The position numbers and the translations under genes were made by a program. Under the pieces are notes generated by a model, which saw only the letters and a program-made list of their open reading frames with translations, was not told the DNA's origin and searched no databases. 64,000 bases of DNA from Octopus sinensis (Eukaryota). The stretch spans positions 129,642,001 to 129,706,000 of the forward strand of contig NC_043000.1 of NCBI RefSeq assembly GCF_006345805.1, read 5' to 3'. Below are positions 12,296-26,109 of the stretch, piece by piece; positions within the stretch are counted from its first letter, which is position 1, and each line of letters begins with the position of its first letter.

Positions 12296-13366
12296 AAAAC
12301 TGTGATGACTGACAACCCTATTATAAACAGGCGTCCGATTGAGGGTGACTATTGTGATCTCTGTCTTATATATTTATACGCTACAAAAAACGGGTAACCA
12401 GCCTTATGATTCCGAGAGATCAAGAAAAAAATGTATAATATATATATATATATATATGGAAGCCATGGGCAAATGTCAGGAATCAAGAGTGGACGATTTC
12501 AGCAGAAGTTGCTGATCTTTGGTAGAGATAATATGTTCTTTATACAAATCTATATCCTCATCGTTGTACTTCGTTCAAGAATTCCATATAAAGACAGCAA
12601 TTCAGTGTCGATATAAACGGTGATATTTACTCTTCATCTTTGATTTCTCGATTTATATCTTATATTCATTGTTCATGATCCGCTTTACAATTTTTAAAAA
12701 ACTTTCTTTTATATTCTAAAATTCTTTTCATTCGTTCTTTCTGTCGTTCTTCCTTTTACTCATGTTTACTCTCTCTTTTTCAGTTTCTTCTCTCATTTCT
12801 CATTACATATTGCCATTTATATTTCATGTTATTGATCAAAGCTCTATGACATTTTTTCTTCATAGAAATAATACAGTGAACTTTCATATAACAACACCAA
12901 AACCAATAGAGATTTCAAGACTGAAGAACAACAACAACAGTAATATAATTATATTCATTTTTTTTTTCAAAATTCTATTCAAGTGGTAAGACACTCGTAC
13001 ACACACACGCACATACATTAATGAAATATTTCTCTTTCATTTAAACAATTTTATTGTACATTTATATACATACAGATAAATGTATACATACACACACACG
13101 TATGATTGATGCGCACCTTTATTTCATCTGTTACGTATGTTTCAGTATTCAGTAATGCATGACGTCACACTGTAGGTGCAATCAGTAGATGCACCTCACG
13201 AGGCAAGAATGATAAGCAAACGCATTGTGAGACAGTTGAAAAGGAACTGCAAGTTACAAACAAGCAGTGACTAAATTTAAATATCCGATAGGTACCAGGC
13301 CAGAGGGGGAACAGGAGGAGTTAGGTTGAGATATCGCCCCCGCCCCATATGCTCACAAACATATAC

Positions 13367-13601
13367 CTATTTCTTTACTACCCACAAGGGGCTAAACATA
13401 GAGTGGACAAACAAAGACAGACAAGTGATTAAGTCGATTACTTCGACCCCAGTGCGTAACTGGTACTTAGTTTATCGACCCCGAAAGGATGAAAGGTAGA
13501 GTCGACCGCGGCAGAATTTGAACTCAGAATATAACGGCAGATGAAATACCGCTAAGCATTTTGCCCCGGCGTGCTAACGTTTCTGCCAGCTCGCCGCCCT
13601 A
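13367..13601 (-). mobile_element. SINE family B with 16-bp TSD
   Basis: Full-length body; TSD GCTCACAAACATATAC at 13351-13366 and 13602-13617. Confidence 0.9.
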
Positions 13602-13683
13602 GCTCACAAACATATACATATGTACATAGCTACAAACACATACATTTATGAATATATCCCTACTGGTTCCCTTTTATGGATAA

Positions 13684-14002
13684 AGACGCATGGCTTAGTG
13701 ATTAGGAGTATTCGTCTCTCTATCATAAAGTCGTGAGTTCGATTCCCGGCGGCGCTTTGTGCCTTTGAGTACGAGACTTTATTTTACGTTGATCTAGTCC
13801 ACACGGCTGGCAAAAAATGGGTCGTACCTAGATTTCAAGTGCCAGCCTTGTCATTCTATGTCACGCTGAATCTCCCAGAGAACTACGTTAAATGTTCACA
13901 TGTCTGTGAAGTAGTAAGCCATTTGCACGTAAAATTTCAAGAGCAGGCTGTTCTGTTCATTGGATCAACTGGAATACTCGTCATCGTAACCGAGGGAGAG
14001 CC
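13684..14002 (+). mobile_element. tRNA-derived SINE, family A
   Basis: Same head and body as 863-1165 (GTCACGCTGAATCTCCC.GAGAACTAC.TTAA). Confidence 0.75.
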
Positions 14003-14434
14003 AGCTAATGGCTTGTAATGAAAATGATCGAGTTCTTCACAAATACATGAACCCTAAATGTAAACTTCAGGAAAAAAATCAGGCTAGAACAATATGTTAC
14101 AAAGCTTGCAACACATTAGTGCATTTCGAAGTTTCTATTTATCGAGTCTCATTTACAAGGATTGGCTCGACAATAGCTATGGGAAAATGACACATGCCCA
14201 AGCTTCCCTACAATGGTATCGAACCAGAAACTGTATCACAAAGAAGAAAACAATTAACCATTGGGACATTGTAGCGTTCATATACACGTACATATATTTA
14301 TAGAAACATACATATGCATACATGTACATAAACATCCATCCATACATAACTAAGCATACATACACATTGGCACAAATATACACACACACACATATTTACA
14401 GACGATGATAATTCATAAATACTTAAGTATATAT

Positions 14435-14507
<73 letters not shown>

Positions 14508-14830
14508 TATATATATATGTATACATACATACACATGCATAGATGTTTGGTGTTAATTAAATAATGAATAGTTTTCAGTCAGCCAAAGATGATAGAAGCA
14601 GATAATTGTTGAATTGTCAGCAATAAATTAATTTTTTTTAAAACGTCATTATCTTAAGGTTAATATATGTATGCATGTATGAATATATACACGAATATAT
14701 GAAAGTGTACACAGATACACATATATATATGCACGTATACATATATATTTATATATACATATACACATATAATTATGTCTGTGTAAAAATATTGTATATG
14801 TATATGTATGTGTTTATATGTGTGCGTGTG

Positions 14831-14861
<31 letters not shown>

Positions 14862-14989
14862 ATATACATATATACATACATATATATATACATATATACA
14901 TATATATACATATATATATATACATATATACATATATATATATATACACATATATATATATATATATACATATATACATATACATATAT

Positions 14990-15044
<55 letters not shown>

Positions 15045-16751
15045 CATATGTATATCTTTCCACATACACACACCACGCACACACACATGCATATATATAT
15101 TTATATATATATATAGTCGAAGATTTCTTTTCAGTACTGCCATTTTGTTGAAATTACCCACTTATCTTATTATACATTTAGTTTAGCACGATATTACGAA
15201 AAATATGTCTTACAGTATATATATCTAATTCACTTCGTCAGTGCTTTAAATAAGATTACGTTGAATTAAGACAATTCGAATTTATTCTTATAAAAGCCTA
15301 GGCACAATTATAGCTGTGTAGTTACTACTAAAGTATAGAAGATTTGTGCAAATTTTTTCTATGTTAGCCTCGAGCCCATCAACATAGTGTGAGCAGAATT
15401 TAGTATACACATACATACATACATACATACATACATACATACAAAAATACATAGACATACATACATACATACATACATACATACATACATACATACATAC
15501 ACACATACATATTTATAAATCTAACGGTTTTGAAAATGAGAGATTTTCGCGCAACTCGAGTTACACGCATCTGCGAGCTTCAGGCGAGAACTCAGTGGTG
15601 ATAGCAACGGCATGAAACTCGTGTATACAGACACGCGGTCAGCTACCTTTTCAATGAAATGAAAGCAACTTATCCTCTACAACATGCAATAAACTTTCTT
15701 CTCACATAAATATGTGCGTGTAAGTATGTGTATGATATCGGAGTCATGTCAGTAGGTCATCAGCTGACAAGATGATAAATAGAACTTTTTATCCACTGGA
15801 CGGTACCAAAAGGGTAGAAACAAATTCTTGGAGTAAGCTGTATCAATAGTAAATCTGACGAGTATTTTGCTTCTGCGTATTGAATTGAGTGGGATGTGAG
15901 ACCGCTGATTTCATTTTGACCCTGACCAGCAGCATAAAATAGTAGCCCATAACAATGCTTCAACCACACTATGAATCACCCAACTCACTCATACACTATG
16001 TATATTTGTGTGTATGTGTGCGTGTGCATGTGTGTGCGTGCGTGTACGCACAAAATAATTCCAACAAATGTTTATCTACTTGATTAAATTTACATTCTTT
16101 CCGATCACCATTTAAATAATTAGATGATTTAATATGCAGCTTTAAAAATACAATCACACATACATGTACATACACATATACACACATGCACATACACACA
16201 TGCACACACACAAGCACCCAAGCCATAGATAAACGCATAAGTGTGTTTTTTTGTGTGTTTGAGTTTGTGTAGTGATTATTAATTATCATATCTGTGCAGA
16301 AACTTTAAATTACTTGTATATTAATTTAATTAGGACATTTTTGTATTTTATGATGTTTCACATTAGTTTTACTCCGGAGTTAAGAATATGAATCCACTAC
16401 ATTGAAAGATTTATTGCACAAACTTTATTGCTTTATACTTTTAATATACATACAGACAATTGCTGTCAGTCGATCGTTCTTATCACATATTCCATTGGTG
16501 ATTATTTTGATTTATGATTCATATTTAATTGGCAAAGTAAATATAAAATACTTCTGCAGATTTATCATATAAGCTGTTGGGTTTATATCTTCACTGTAAT
16601 AAAACAATGATGGTGTTTTGTTATTATTTAGCCCATGGTCAACGCTGATCAAGCAGGTCTGTGATTAAAGCATCGTTCAAGGTGTAACGATTGAATCTAT
16701 TTGTACTTCAGATTACAATAATGAATATAACCTTCTTTGCTTAAGAAAGTA

Positions 16752-17298
16752 TCGGGTTGTCCGGAAAGTTCGTGCCCATTTTTAAAGGAAAGAAAAAGGA
16801 CAATAAATACTTGCCATTACATTTTTAATCAACCAAATATGAACCATTTTGTTGCACAATGCGTCTCCATATATCCATTAACTCGAAAATACCCTCTTCC
16901 CAGAATTGAGGTGGTTTCATGGCAAAGAACTCATCAAGGTATCTTTTTACGCCATCGAAGGAATTGAAATTTTTACCATTAAGACTATCCTGCAGAGACA
17001 TGAATGAGTGGAAATCCGAAGGAGCAATATCTGGTGAACATCCCAGCCAAGCTGCAGCAATTTTTGTCTGTTTCTCAAAGCATCAAGTGCCAAAAATGAA
17101 CTTTCCTATCTTCCATTTTAAATGGTTACAGAATTAACACAGGTTATAGGAACATAAACCTTTTTCGACGAAAAGATAGCTTAAACTGTGCTCTAAATGG
17201 AGGTGTAATCAAATCCTATTTTATGGACTCAACCATGTTCTAAAATAAGTCGAAATGTAAGCTACTATAGATCGGCACGAACTTTCCGGACAACCCAA
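16752..17298 (-). mobile_element. Internally deleted mariner element with both TIRs
   Basis: TIRs T(C/T)GGGTTGTCCGGAAAGTTCGTGCC at both ends with TA flanks. Minus strand encodes the transposase C-terminus SPDIAPSDFHSFMSLQDSLNGKNF...FWEEGI. Confidence 0.9.
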
Positions 17299-17550
17299 TA
17301 GAATGTGATGTGAAAGAGATTTGGTTGCTATTCCCATAGATTTTGTTAAGTGGTAAGTTTGCGAGTAGGCTAATACTCGTCTATAAATCATCGCTGCTAT
17401 TTATTTTATCTACCTCTAAGATAATCTTTTCATATATAAGCGCAAGGTCTGAAAATTTAGTTGGGGAAGTATTCGATTACATTGACTCCCAGTTGGTGAT
17501 GGTGCTGATTTTATCGACCTTAAAAAACTTTGTATAATTGGTTTCAAATT

Positions 17551-17752
17551 TTGACACAAGGCCAGCAATTTCGAGATGGGGGTAAGTCAATTACATTGAC
17601 CCTCGTTTGTCAGATGGTACTTATGCTACGACCCCGAAAGGAGGAAAGGCAAAGTCAACCTGGGCGGAATTTGAACTCAGAGCATAAGGATGGACGAAAT
17701 GCCGCTAGACATTTTGCTCGATATGTTAACAATTCTGTAAGGTGGCCGCCTT
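17551..17752 (-). mobile_element. SINE family B variant
   Basis: CGACCCCGAAAGGAGGAAAGGCAAAGTCAACC...AATTTGAACTCAG. Confidence 0.75.
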
Positions 17753-18959
17753 TATCGTTCTTTAGAATAAGAATAGAAAAACATTGACCTAGGCGGGAAT
17801 CAGAGTCACAACGCGAACATAAATAAGTACTGTTGTACCTGTACTGCCAACCCCCAATCCATTTTATTCTACAACTTTACAGACTTCAAAAAGGAAGTAG
17901 ATTAAATAATCTCAGGTTAACTTGCCACTCTAGCCGAAGTGATTAGGGGTGTTGCAGTCATGATTGTGAGATTGCAGTTTCGATTCTTAGGCGGAGCGGT
18001 GAGTTGAGTTCTTAAGCAAACAACTTCATTTCACGTTCCTCCAGTTCCCTCAGCTATCAAAAATAAGTATTCCTGTAACAGACTGGCGTCCCGCTGGAGG
18101 TGGATTATATATGCCACAAAATCTGGGAAACCCTTTCTATGAATGTGTATGATTCAGAAAAGAGCATCAATTTGTCTGTTTTGCTCGTGCGCCAATGAAG
18201 TGAGCATCTACGTTGCCTCTGAGATGTTAGGAATCAAGCCGTCAAATATCCCTTAAATCATACCTCACCGCCTTAAAAAGTGATACATTAAATAATGTAG
18301 TCCGTGGTACACTATCCCTACGAAAGACAGAGGTCATGGCTTGAATATCTTGGACGAATGTGGTCTCAGATATTCTATCTGAATGAAATAAATGGAATAG
18401 CGTGCACTGAAGTGGGGCTAAAATAGATGGGACGGTGATTATTGTGATGCTTTGGTTGTAGTTCTGCTCGATCTGTATTGACCTGGGGTTAAACAACAAC
18501 AACCACCTCTATTTTTTTCTGTTGATGTGGCATCATTTTTATCAGCAGATGATCTTCATTAAAGTTTAGATTGATGTTTTAAGACTGGACAGAAATACAA
18601 TTCATAAAGAAAGATGTTCAATCATTCTAGTTGTTCCAAGAATTGAACACTTTCTTTATCTTAATCTTCCCTACCATCTATGCGGTTGATATATACTCTT
18701 CTCGGTTGAAAAGCCCTTGTCCGAAACATTAAACCTTATTCTCTTCTAACGCGAAATAATTCCATTATTTAACATTGGCTGGGCCAGGATCGGAACAAGA
18801 CTTATAGTTGTAGATGAATTAACGTTTGAATAAATCCAAATATATCTATGCGATTAGATATTGGAAGTATAAATGGTAACTTTGAGTCTCATGTTTAAGC
18901 ATGTTTGAACTTAACCAAGAAATATGTAATTAAATATGAAGACTACAGTCCGGTTAATC

Positions 18960-19162
18960 GAAGAGGGGACAAACAAGGACAGACAAACGGATTGAGTCGA
19001 TTACATCGACCCCCAGTGCGTAACTGGCACTTAATTTATCGACCCCGAAAGGATGAAAGGCAAAGTCAACCTCGGCGGAATTTGAAATCAGAACGTAACG
19101 GCAGACGAAATGCGGCTACGCATTTCGCCCGGCGTGCTAGCGTTTCTACCAGCTCGCCGCCT
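18960..19162 (-). mobile_element. SINE family B
   Basis: Close match to the other family B copies, ending CCAGCTCGCCGCC on the plus strand. Confidence 0.85.
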
Positions 19163-20384
19163 TTACATTATGATACCCACCGTTAGTAATTGGTTATATT
19201 TTCTTTTAGCTTAATGACTAACTTTCTTTGTATGCAATATTCTCCATAAAAGCTAAGTAACCATCAGCGGAAACTTGGATCAACAGCAGCTTTCGTCTTC
19301 ATGTTGCGTGCTGTATGAAAGTGAACCCGACAGAAGCCATTCTACTCTAAATTAGAAGAAACATATTTAACTACAACAGTCTATTTTGTATAGGTAAACA
19401 TAGAATTAAGTTATTTTCATTGAAATATTAATGTCTTGAAAGCCAGTGGTGAATAACTAGATCACAATATTTCGATTTACCTTAGACTCTCCTTAGTGAC
19501 ATACTAAACTCATTAGAGAATATGCACCTGTATGTAGTATATCGTGTGATTTAAAGATTCATAACAGCCTCGATTTACTTGGTCTTATCAAATCTCTATG
19601 ATGCTTAAACAACACCATAATTTATTGATCTGAATACTTTTCAGTGACATGTTGCATACGACAGTCGTAGGTGGGGTGACGTTCGATCAATATTGTATGT
19701 GGTATCTGAAGATATTTGTTGCATTTGCATTCCAAATTCGACAGTGTGCACGGAGAAATCACATTATCACCGCAGTAATAATCTATTTTGTGTACGTAAA
19801 AATAATTGAACCTTAATTTGTTTTGCTTTAACACTCAAGTTAATGAGGATCCGAGATGAGCAACTGATTGCCACTATTTCGATTCGTAGAAGAAACTCCT
19901 TGGGGACGTGTGACCTCAATACCAAATGCACACGCTAGAACAGGATAGAGTTCAATTCACATACGCACACACACACACACACAGACACACACACACACAC
20001 ACACAGAGCCTTGCGAATGCATATACACACACTCACACATATGTAGGCATTTTTGTATGTGCACGTGCATATATATAGGTGTCTGTGTTTGTGTGTGTGC
20101 TTGTGTGTGTGTTTATGAATACATATATGAATACACATTACATATATATATATGTGTGTGTGGTGTGTGTGTGTGTGTGTGTGCGTGCGTGCGCGCGCGC
20201 ACGCGCGTGTGTTTAGAAATAAGTACGTATGTAAACACACACACGTGTATAAGGTAATTAAGAAGTCCTTTTAGCATTTAAATGATATATAACATTTACA
20301 ATATCATATATACATACACACGTATAATATATATATATACATACATTTATATATAAAAGGTTAGTCGAGTTAGAGGTTGGAATA

Positions 20385-20978
20385 ACCGTCATGTTTCGAG
20401 TAATACGGCGCTTGAAAAGAGGAAGAACATCACTGGAAGACGATGAGCGTTCTGGAAAAGTTGCCACGAGCGTCACCCCCTGAGATGTGGTATTGTGAAT
20501 CGAGAATTCGCCCCCTACTGCGACGTGTTGAAGCGTTTGAGGGAGAACATTCGGTGAAAGTGACCAGATCTGTGGAGTACGAACGATCAGATTCTTCACA
20601 ACGACAATGCACCCTGTACCCGAACTCTCCTCACTCGAGTGCCTCTCGCCAAAAGCAACATTGTATCATCGCTTTCGTACCTGCCCTATTCACCAAATTT
20701 AGCACCTACGGACTTCCAATCCCTTCCCCAAGATGAAAATGCAGCTGAAAGGTCGCCGTTTTAACACCATTGTCGAGATCCACAGCTAATCGCAGAAAGT
20801 CCTTGACTCGCTTACGGAAAACCACTTCCAAACCGGATTCCAAAAGTGGCAGGATCGCTGGGACCGGTGTATAGCTCTCCAAGGTGATTATATCGTAAGA
20901 GATAATGTTGAAAACTTTGGTAAATAAGTTATTTTTCATTAAACATAACTAGTTCTGGAGCCTTTTGATACTATCTCG
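20385..20978 (+). mobile_element. Mariner fragment, 5'-truncated and internally deleted
   Basis: Pieces read GRTSLEDDERSG, LPYSPNLAPTDF and FPKMKMQLKGRRF...WQDRWDRCIALQGDY. A TIR-like 3' end finishes at TA (20979-20980). Confidence 0.85.
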
Positions 20979-21248
20979 TATGTGTTTATATATATACATA
21001 TGGAATAAAATTTATATGTTCTAAAAGAATATAAATTATGTCTCGTGATAAGATGAAATAATTTCCGGCAGCTTGTTTACTAATGATAAAACGGACAAGT
21101 GTTATTTATTTCTCATCGGGATTATCACACAACTCTCCGTTTCTAACTACCGAAATATGCTTAGGAAACGGAATTTATAAACAAAATTGTAAACTGTACG
21201 ATAGTAATAAATAGCATATATATATATGTATGTATATATATATATATG

Positions 21249-21292
<44 letters not shown>

Positions 21293-21392
21293 AATATATA
21301 TATATATATATGTATATATAAAATGTGACCGCGTGTGTACCGTTGGCGATTTTTTCCCCTCTGTCTTCCCTTCTCTGGATCTTTCCTTCTAT

Positions 21393-21427
21393 GTTTCCGA
21401 CGAAGAGCTCCGCTCGAAACGTTAAAC
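21393..21427 (+). ncRNA. Minimal hammerhead-ribozyme-like motif in a Penelope-like repeat (degenerate)
   Basis: GTTT-CCGACGA-A-GAGC(TCC)GCTC-GAAACGT-T-AAAC. The CUGANGA core has U4C; stem II is GAGC/GCTC, stem I GTTT/AAAC, and stem III is a palindromic AACGTT. Confidence 0.5.
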
Positions 21428-21587
21428 CCTCTTTCTTTCCTTCTTTCCTGAGCGTTCAATAATACTATATTTGTTCCACGTCCTCGCGTTGTTTTTTTTT
21501 TAGCTTTCTTGTTTGGATTAACTATATATATAGGAGATGTACTTGCATAGCAAGTGATTTGATCTGAAATCGTGTGCTGAAACGGAA

Positions 21588-21891
21588 ATAATTGCAGTGT
21601 GGAAGGTGTTTGTAAGCCATTTAAGAAACTCACAAAAGCTGTTAGATTCACTCCAACATTTAAGTTTAATTTGTCAAAATATTTTCGTCGCTTTAAGACC
21701 GCGACCTGTTCGCTGACAAAAATCCGTGCTGCATCTGAGAAAGTATGCAGTACGGATTTTTGTCAGTGAACAGGTCGCGGTCTTAAAGCGAAGAAAATAT
21801 TTTGACAAATTAAACTTGAATGTTGAAGTGAATCGAACGGCTTTTGTGTGTTTCTTAAATGGCTTACAAACACCTTCCACGCTGCGATTAT
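21588..21891. repeat. 147-bp-arm inverted repeat with 10-nt loop
   Basis: Arms 21588-21734 and 21745-21891 differ by about 10 mismatches by eye; loop is CTGAGAAAGT. Confidence 0.9.
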
Positions 21892-22080
21892 ATATATATA
21901 ATTATGCATAAAACAAACACACTCACGCACAAAAAGTACAACTATAGATAGAGATAAATACAGAATTAGAGCGACAAATAAGAAAGCATGTGACTGTGTT
22001 TCTCTATTGAAATATATTAATACATTTTTGTGTATATAAACGTGTGAAAAAAGCAGAAACTCTCAAGTGTTGGTACTCAC

Positions 22081-22155
22081 CTCTCCCCGAAAAACGTACG
22101 CTATTATTCCTCCAATCATCAAGACAATCAGCATTAAAAGGAGCAACGCGAAAAA
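22081..22155 (-). CDS. Tetraspanin next exon: TM3 and start of EC2
   Basis: 75 nt, phase 0/0, acceptor gttttacag and donor GTGAGT. Translates FFALLLLMLIVLMIGGIIAYVFRGE, the same length and pattern as the tetraspanin TM3 exon (CD63 F...AGYVFRDK). Joins in frame to the 53540-53734 exon. Confidence 0.9.
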
Positions 22156-22387
22156 CTGTAAAACAAAACAGTAAAAGCCATTAATATACGATATATTTTA
22201 GATTTCTTTGCAGAACAATTAATACACGGTAGAATGGAAAATGTTACTGTAGTGCATAGCATAGAGGAAACTTATGCTTAATATATACGTTGATACTTTG
22301 ATAGGTTTCGGCCAGTATTGGCCCAGGCCATGTCTAACTTAATAACACCTCCTGGACTTAATAGCAATGCAGTACACTTAACACGTG

Positions 22388-22615
22388 GCGAGCTGACAGA
22401 ATCGTTAGCACGCCAGGCGAAATGCTAAGCGGTATTTCGTCTGCCGCTACGTTCTGAGTGCAAATTCCGCCGTGGTCGACTTTGCCTTTCATCCTTTCGG
22501 GGTCGATTAAATAAGTACCAGTTACGCACTGGGGTCGATGTAATCGACTTAGTCCGTTTGTCTGTCCTTGTTTGTCCCCTCTGTGTTTAGCCCCTTGTGG
22601 GTAGTAAACAAAAAG
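22388..22615 (+). mobile_element. SINE family B with 16-bp TSD
   Basis: TSD GTACACTTAACACGTG at 22372-22387 and 22616-22631. Confidence 0.9.
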
Positions 22616-22746
22616 GTACACTTAACACGTGTGAAAGCAAGAATCCGTTGTAATATGCGGTATAAATGGATATAAATGTGCATCGGAAACTTTACAGGTT
22701 GTACAATGTGTACGGTATTGTGAAAGCTTCTAAATCTTCTACAATA

Positions 22747-22909
22747 GGCGCAGGAGTGGCTGTGTGGTAAGTAGCTTGCTTACCATCCACATGGTTCCGG
22801 GTTCAGTCCTGCTGCGTGGCACTTTGGGCAAGTGTCTTCTACTATAGTCTCGGGCTGACCAAAGCCTTGTAAGTGGATTTGGTAGACGGAAACTAAAAGA
22901 AGCCCGTCG

Positions 22910-22940
<31 letters not shown>

Positions 22941-23181
22941 TATATATATGTGTGTGTGTGTATGTGTGTATGTGTTTGTGTGTGTGTGTTTGTCCCCCCA
23001 ACATCGCTTGACAACCGATGGTGGTGTGTTTACGTCCCCGTAACTTAGCGGTTCGGCAAAAGAGACCGATAGAATAAGTACTAGGCTTACAAAGAATAAG
23101 TCCTGGGGCTGATTTGCTCGACTAAAGGTGGTGCTCCAGCATGGTTGCAGTCAAATGACTGAAACAAGAGTAAAAGAGAGA
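22747..23181 (+). mobile_element. SINE family C (tRNA head, internal TA/TG microsatellite, LINE-derived tail)
   Basis: GGCGCAGGAGTGGCTGTGTGGTAAG head, GGTTCAGTCC B-box-like motif and tail GGTGGTGCTCCAGCATGGTTGCAGTCAAATGACTGAAAC. Confidence 0.9.
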
Positions 23182-23775
23182 GTGAATTGAAAACTGTTGG
23201 GATTATGGCAGTGGAAAATTCAGTGTAATACATGAACCAGGGACAACTTCAGCCTCATATTTGGTATAGTGGAAACTTTAATAGATACTATTATGGAAAC
23301 CTCAGTGTGGTACAGTTAATGTATGGTATAGTGGAAACAAGCATGGTACAATTAATATTTGATATAGTGGACACGTAAAAAGTTATATGTTGTATAATAG
23401 AATCCTTAATGCCGTACAGTTAATGCATGGCATAATGGAAACTTCATTGTAGTATAGTTAGTTTATACTTCACTGTAGTATTCTATAAGTAACAAAGTTC
23501 ATATAAAAAGTGAAGTTTTGCATCGGTTAGTACATCGTAGAGAGAAAAGAATATTGATGTTTCGCTAGTGAATATTTGCTCGAGAGAGAAACTTAGTCAA
23601 CTCTCTCAGGTTCAAGTTAATTTTGAAACGTTATAGTTTTCCTCCTAACAACTTACGAACTCATCTCCATTTATAGTCTTCAACATATAATTGTTATGAA
23701 TTGAAGTCACTGCCGATTCTCTAAAAGCTGGCTTCTTATTTGACATAAACAGGTGTTAATATGTTCAAATGTGAA

Positions 23776-24010
23776 AGGCGGCGAGCTGGCAGAATCGTTA
23801 GCACACCGGGCGAAATGCTTAGCGGTGGTATTGCGTCTGTCGTTGCGTTCTGAGTTCAAATTCCGCCGAGGTCGACTTTGCCTTTCATCCTTTCGGGGTC
23901 GATAAATTAAGTACCAGTTACGCACTGGGGTCGATGTAATCGACTTAATCCGTTTGTCTGTCCTTGTTTGTCCCCTCTATGTTTAGCCCCTCGTGGGCAA
24001 TGAAGAAACA
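23776..24010 (+). mobile_element. SINE family B with 18-bp TSD
   Basis: TSD AATATGTTCAAATGTGAA at 23758-23775 and 24011-24028. Confidence 0.9.
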
Positions 24011-25587
24011 AATATGTTCAAATGTGAATGACCTGTCTATGTATTACTTTCTCTGTCTGTCTCTCTGCACTCTCTCGCTTTCTCTAATCCGGAACCTTCA
24101 TCAAGGTTCCGTCTATTACAATTACCAGTCAAATTCCCTTGAGATCGTACCATAATCTTTTTTTTGTATATATCAGGCTAAGTGTCTTTCATCTTTGAAG
24201 ACGGTAGGCAAAAATGGGGTAAATCAGCTAATCCTGGCAGAAACATTTTGTCAACGCTCTACTCAATCAGTGACAAACTAAAATTAAACAACAAACACTA
24301 ATTCAATATTCTCTTTATTTTCTTCTTTAAATTTTTATCACACGCCTAACTTATGTGTGTTACCAATATTTTATATTATGTCTGCTTTGTATATCTAAGT
24401 TGACTGTGTTAGCCACAAATTTATTGTGTATTATTCATATAAAAACTGTTCTTTTCGACAAAGACGGTGTGACTCTGATATATGAAAGTTGTCGTGTAAA
24501 GATCGTGATGCATTATTACGACGTTAAAATCTGTGCCACAGAAACTTAGAGTTGTAAAACTGTTATGTCAGAACTAAGTTACATATGAACTTGGAAATGT
24601 GAACTATGAATTGTGATAAACTCTGTGAACTCTGATACTGAATAGTGATATTTGTATTGTTCCGCGTGTCGTAAGTACTGCGGCGTGTGGATCGATATGA
24701 ATTATCAGAGTAAATATATGTTCACAGACAATAATATTGATTAACGGCAGAAAAGATAAAGGTTTGAGAGTCATATGAGACATAAACAATGTGACATTTA
24801 AAGATTGTCAAACAGTGATTAATTAAGTCAGTTTAGTAAAACGTTTACAGGTGTCTAAAATGAGAGAATAAAAAGAACTTCAATGATAAATCGTGAGTTC
24901 AAGACTGTGAAAGTTTGTTTCCTTCCATATATTAGTTTCAAATTTTGGAACAAGGCCAGCAACTTCAGGGGAACGGAGTAAATCGATTACGTCGACTACC
25001 GTACTCAATTGATACTTATTTTATCGGCCCCGAAAGGTTGAAAAAGCTAAGTCGACCTCGGCGGAATTTCAACTAAAAACGTAAGGAGGGTAAAATGTCG
25101 CTGAGCACTTTTCCCGATATGCCAACAATTCAACCAGCTTGCTCCCTTTGACCTCCCATATATTAACAAATGACAATGAAGTTTCAGAAAACAGAAACAT
25201 AGGTGAGTGTGATAATGTAACATAAAGCTTTTAGACTGTTATTACTGTTAAAAGTGAAGAAATTTCACAGTTCCAGAAAAGATGCAAATCCTAGACATAG
25301 GTCCAGTGTATCATGGAAATATCTTTTTACAATAATAACAACAACAAAACACATTTCTGTTCAGTGACCTGGTTGTAAATAGTTTTTTTTTTAACGGCTT
25401 TGTCCCAAACAAGGCTTGAAACCACTGCAGCGAGGGACTACATATGAAGAAAAGAAGAGGCATACAAGTTCAAAAGATGTCAATTGAAAGAATGCTCAAA
25501 GGACTATAAAAACCATAGATTAAAGGAAAACAAGACTTTTTTTTTACTGTGGAAATTTGAGCGTATGAAGAAAAACATGCTCTGATA

Positions 25588-25935
25588 GGCGCAGGAGTAG
25601 CTGTGTGGTAAGTAGCTTGTTTACCAACCACATGTTCCGGGTTCAGTCCCACAGCGTGGCACCTTGGGCAAGTGCCTTCTACTATAGCGTCAGGCCGACC
25701 AATATATATATGCGTGTGTGCGTTTGTGTGTCTGTGTTTGTCCCCCTAGCATTGCTTGATAACCGATGCTGGTGTGTTTATGTCCCCGTTACTTAGCGGA
25801 TCGACAAAAGAGACCGATAAAATTAAGTACTGGGCTTACAAAAGAATAAGTCCCGGGGTCGAGTTGCTCGATTAAAAGGCGGTGCTCCAGCATGGCCGCA
25901 GTCAGATGACTGAAACAAGTAAATGAGTAAATGAG
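25588..25935 (+). mobile_element. SINE family C
   Basis: Same head; tail GGCGGTGCTCCAGCATGGCCGCAGTCAGATGACTGAAAC. Confidence 0.9.
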
Positions 25936-26109
25936 TAAATGATATTTCATTTCATCATTTAGAATTCTGTGTTCAAATCTTACCAAGGGCAACTTTGCTC
26001 GGTTGATAAAAGTTCCAGCGCCAGGTCAATTAAATTAGCGATACATGTCCTATAAAAGAATGTTGATACTATTGTTTAAATAAATATTGTAACATGAGGC
26101 CCTGGATCG

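Noticed and set aside
18264-18378. Open minus-strand segment with plausible splice sites
   Set aside because: Phase 1 start is incompatible with the tetraspanin chain and there is no recognisable motif.
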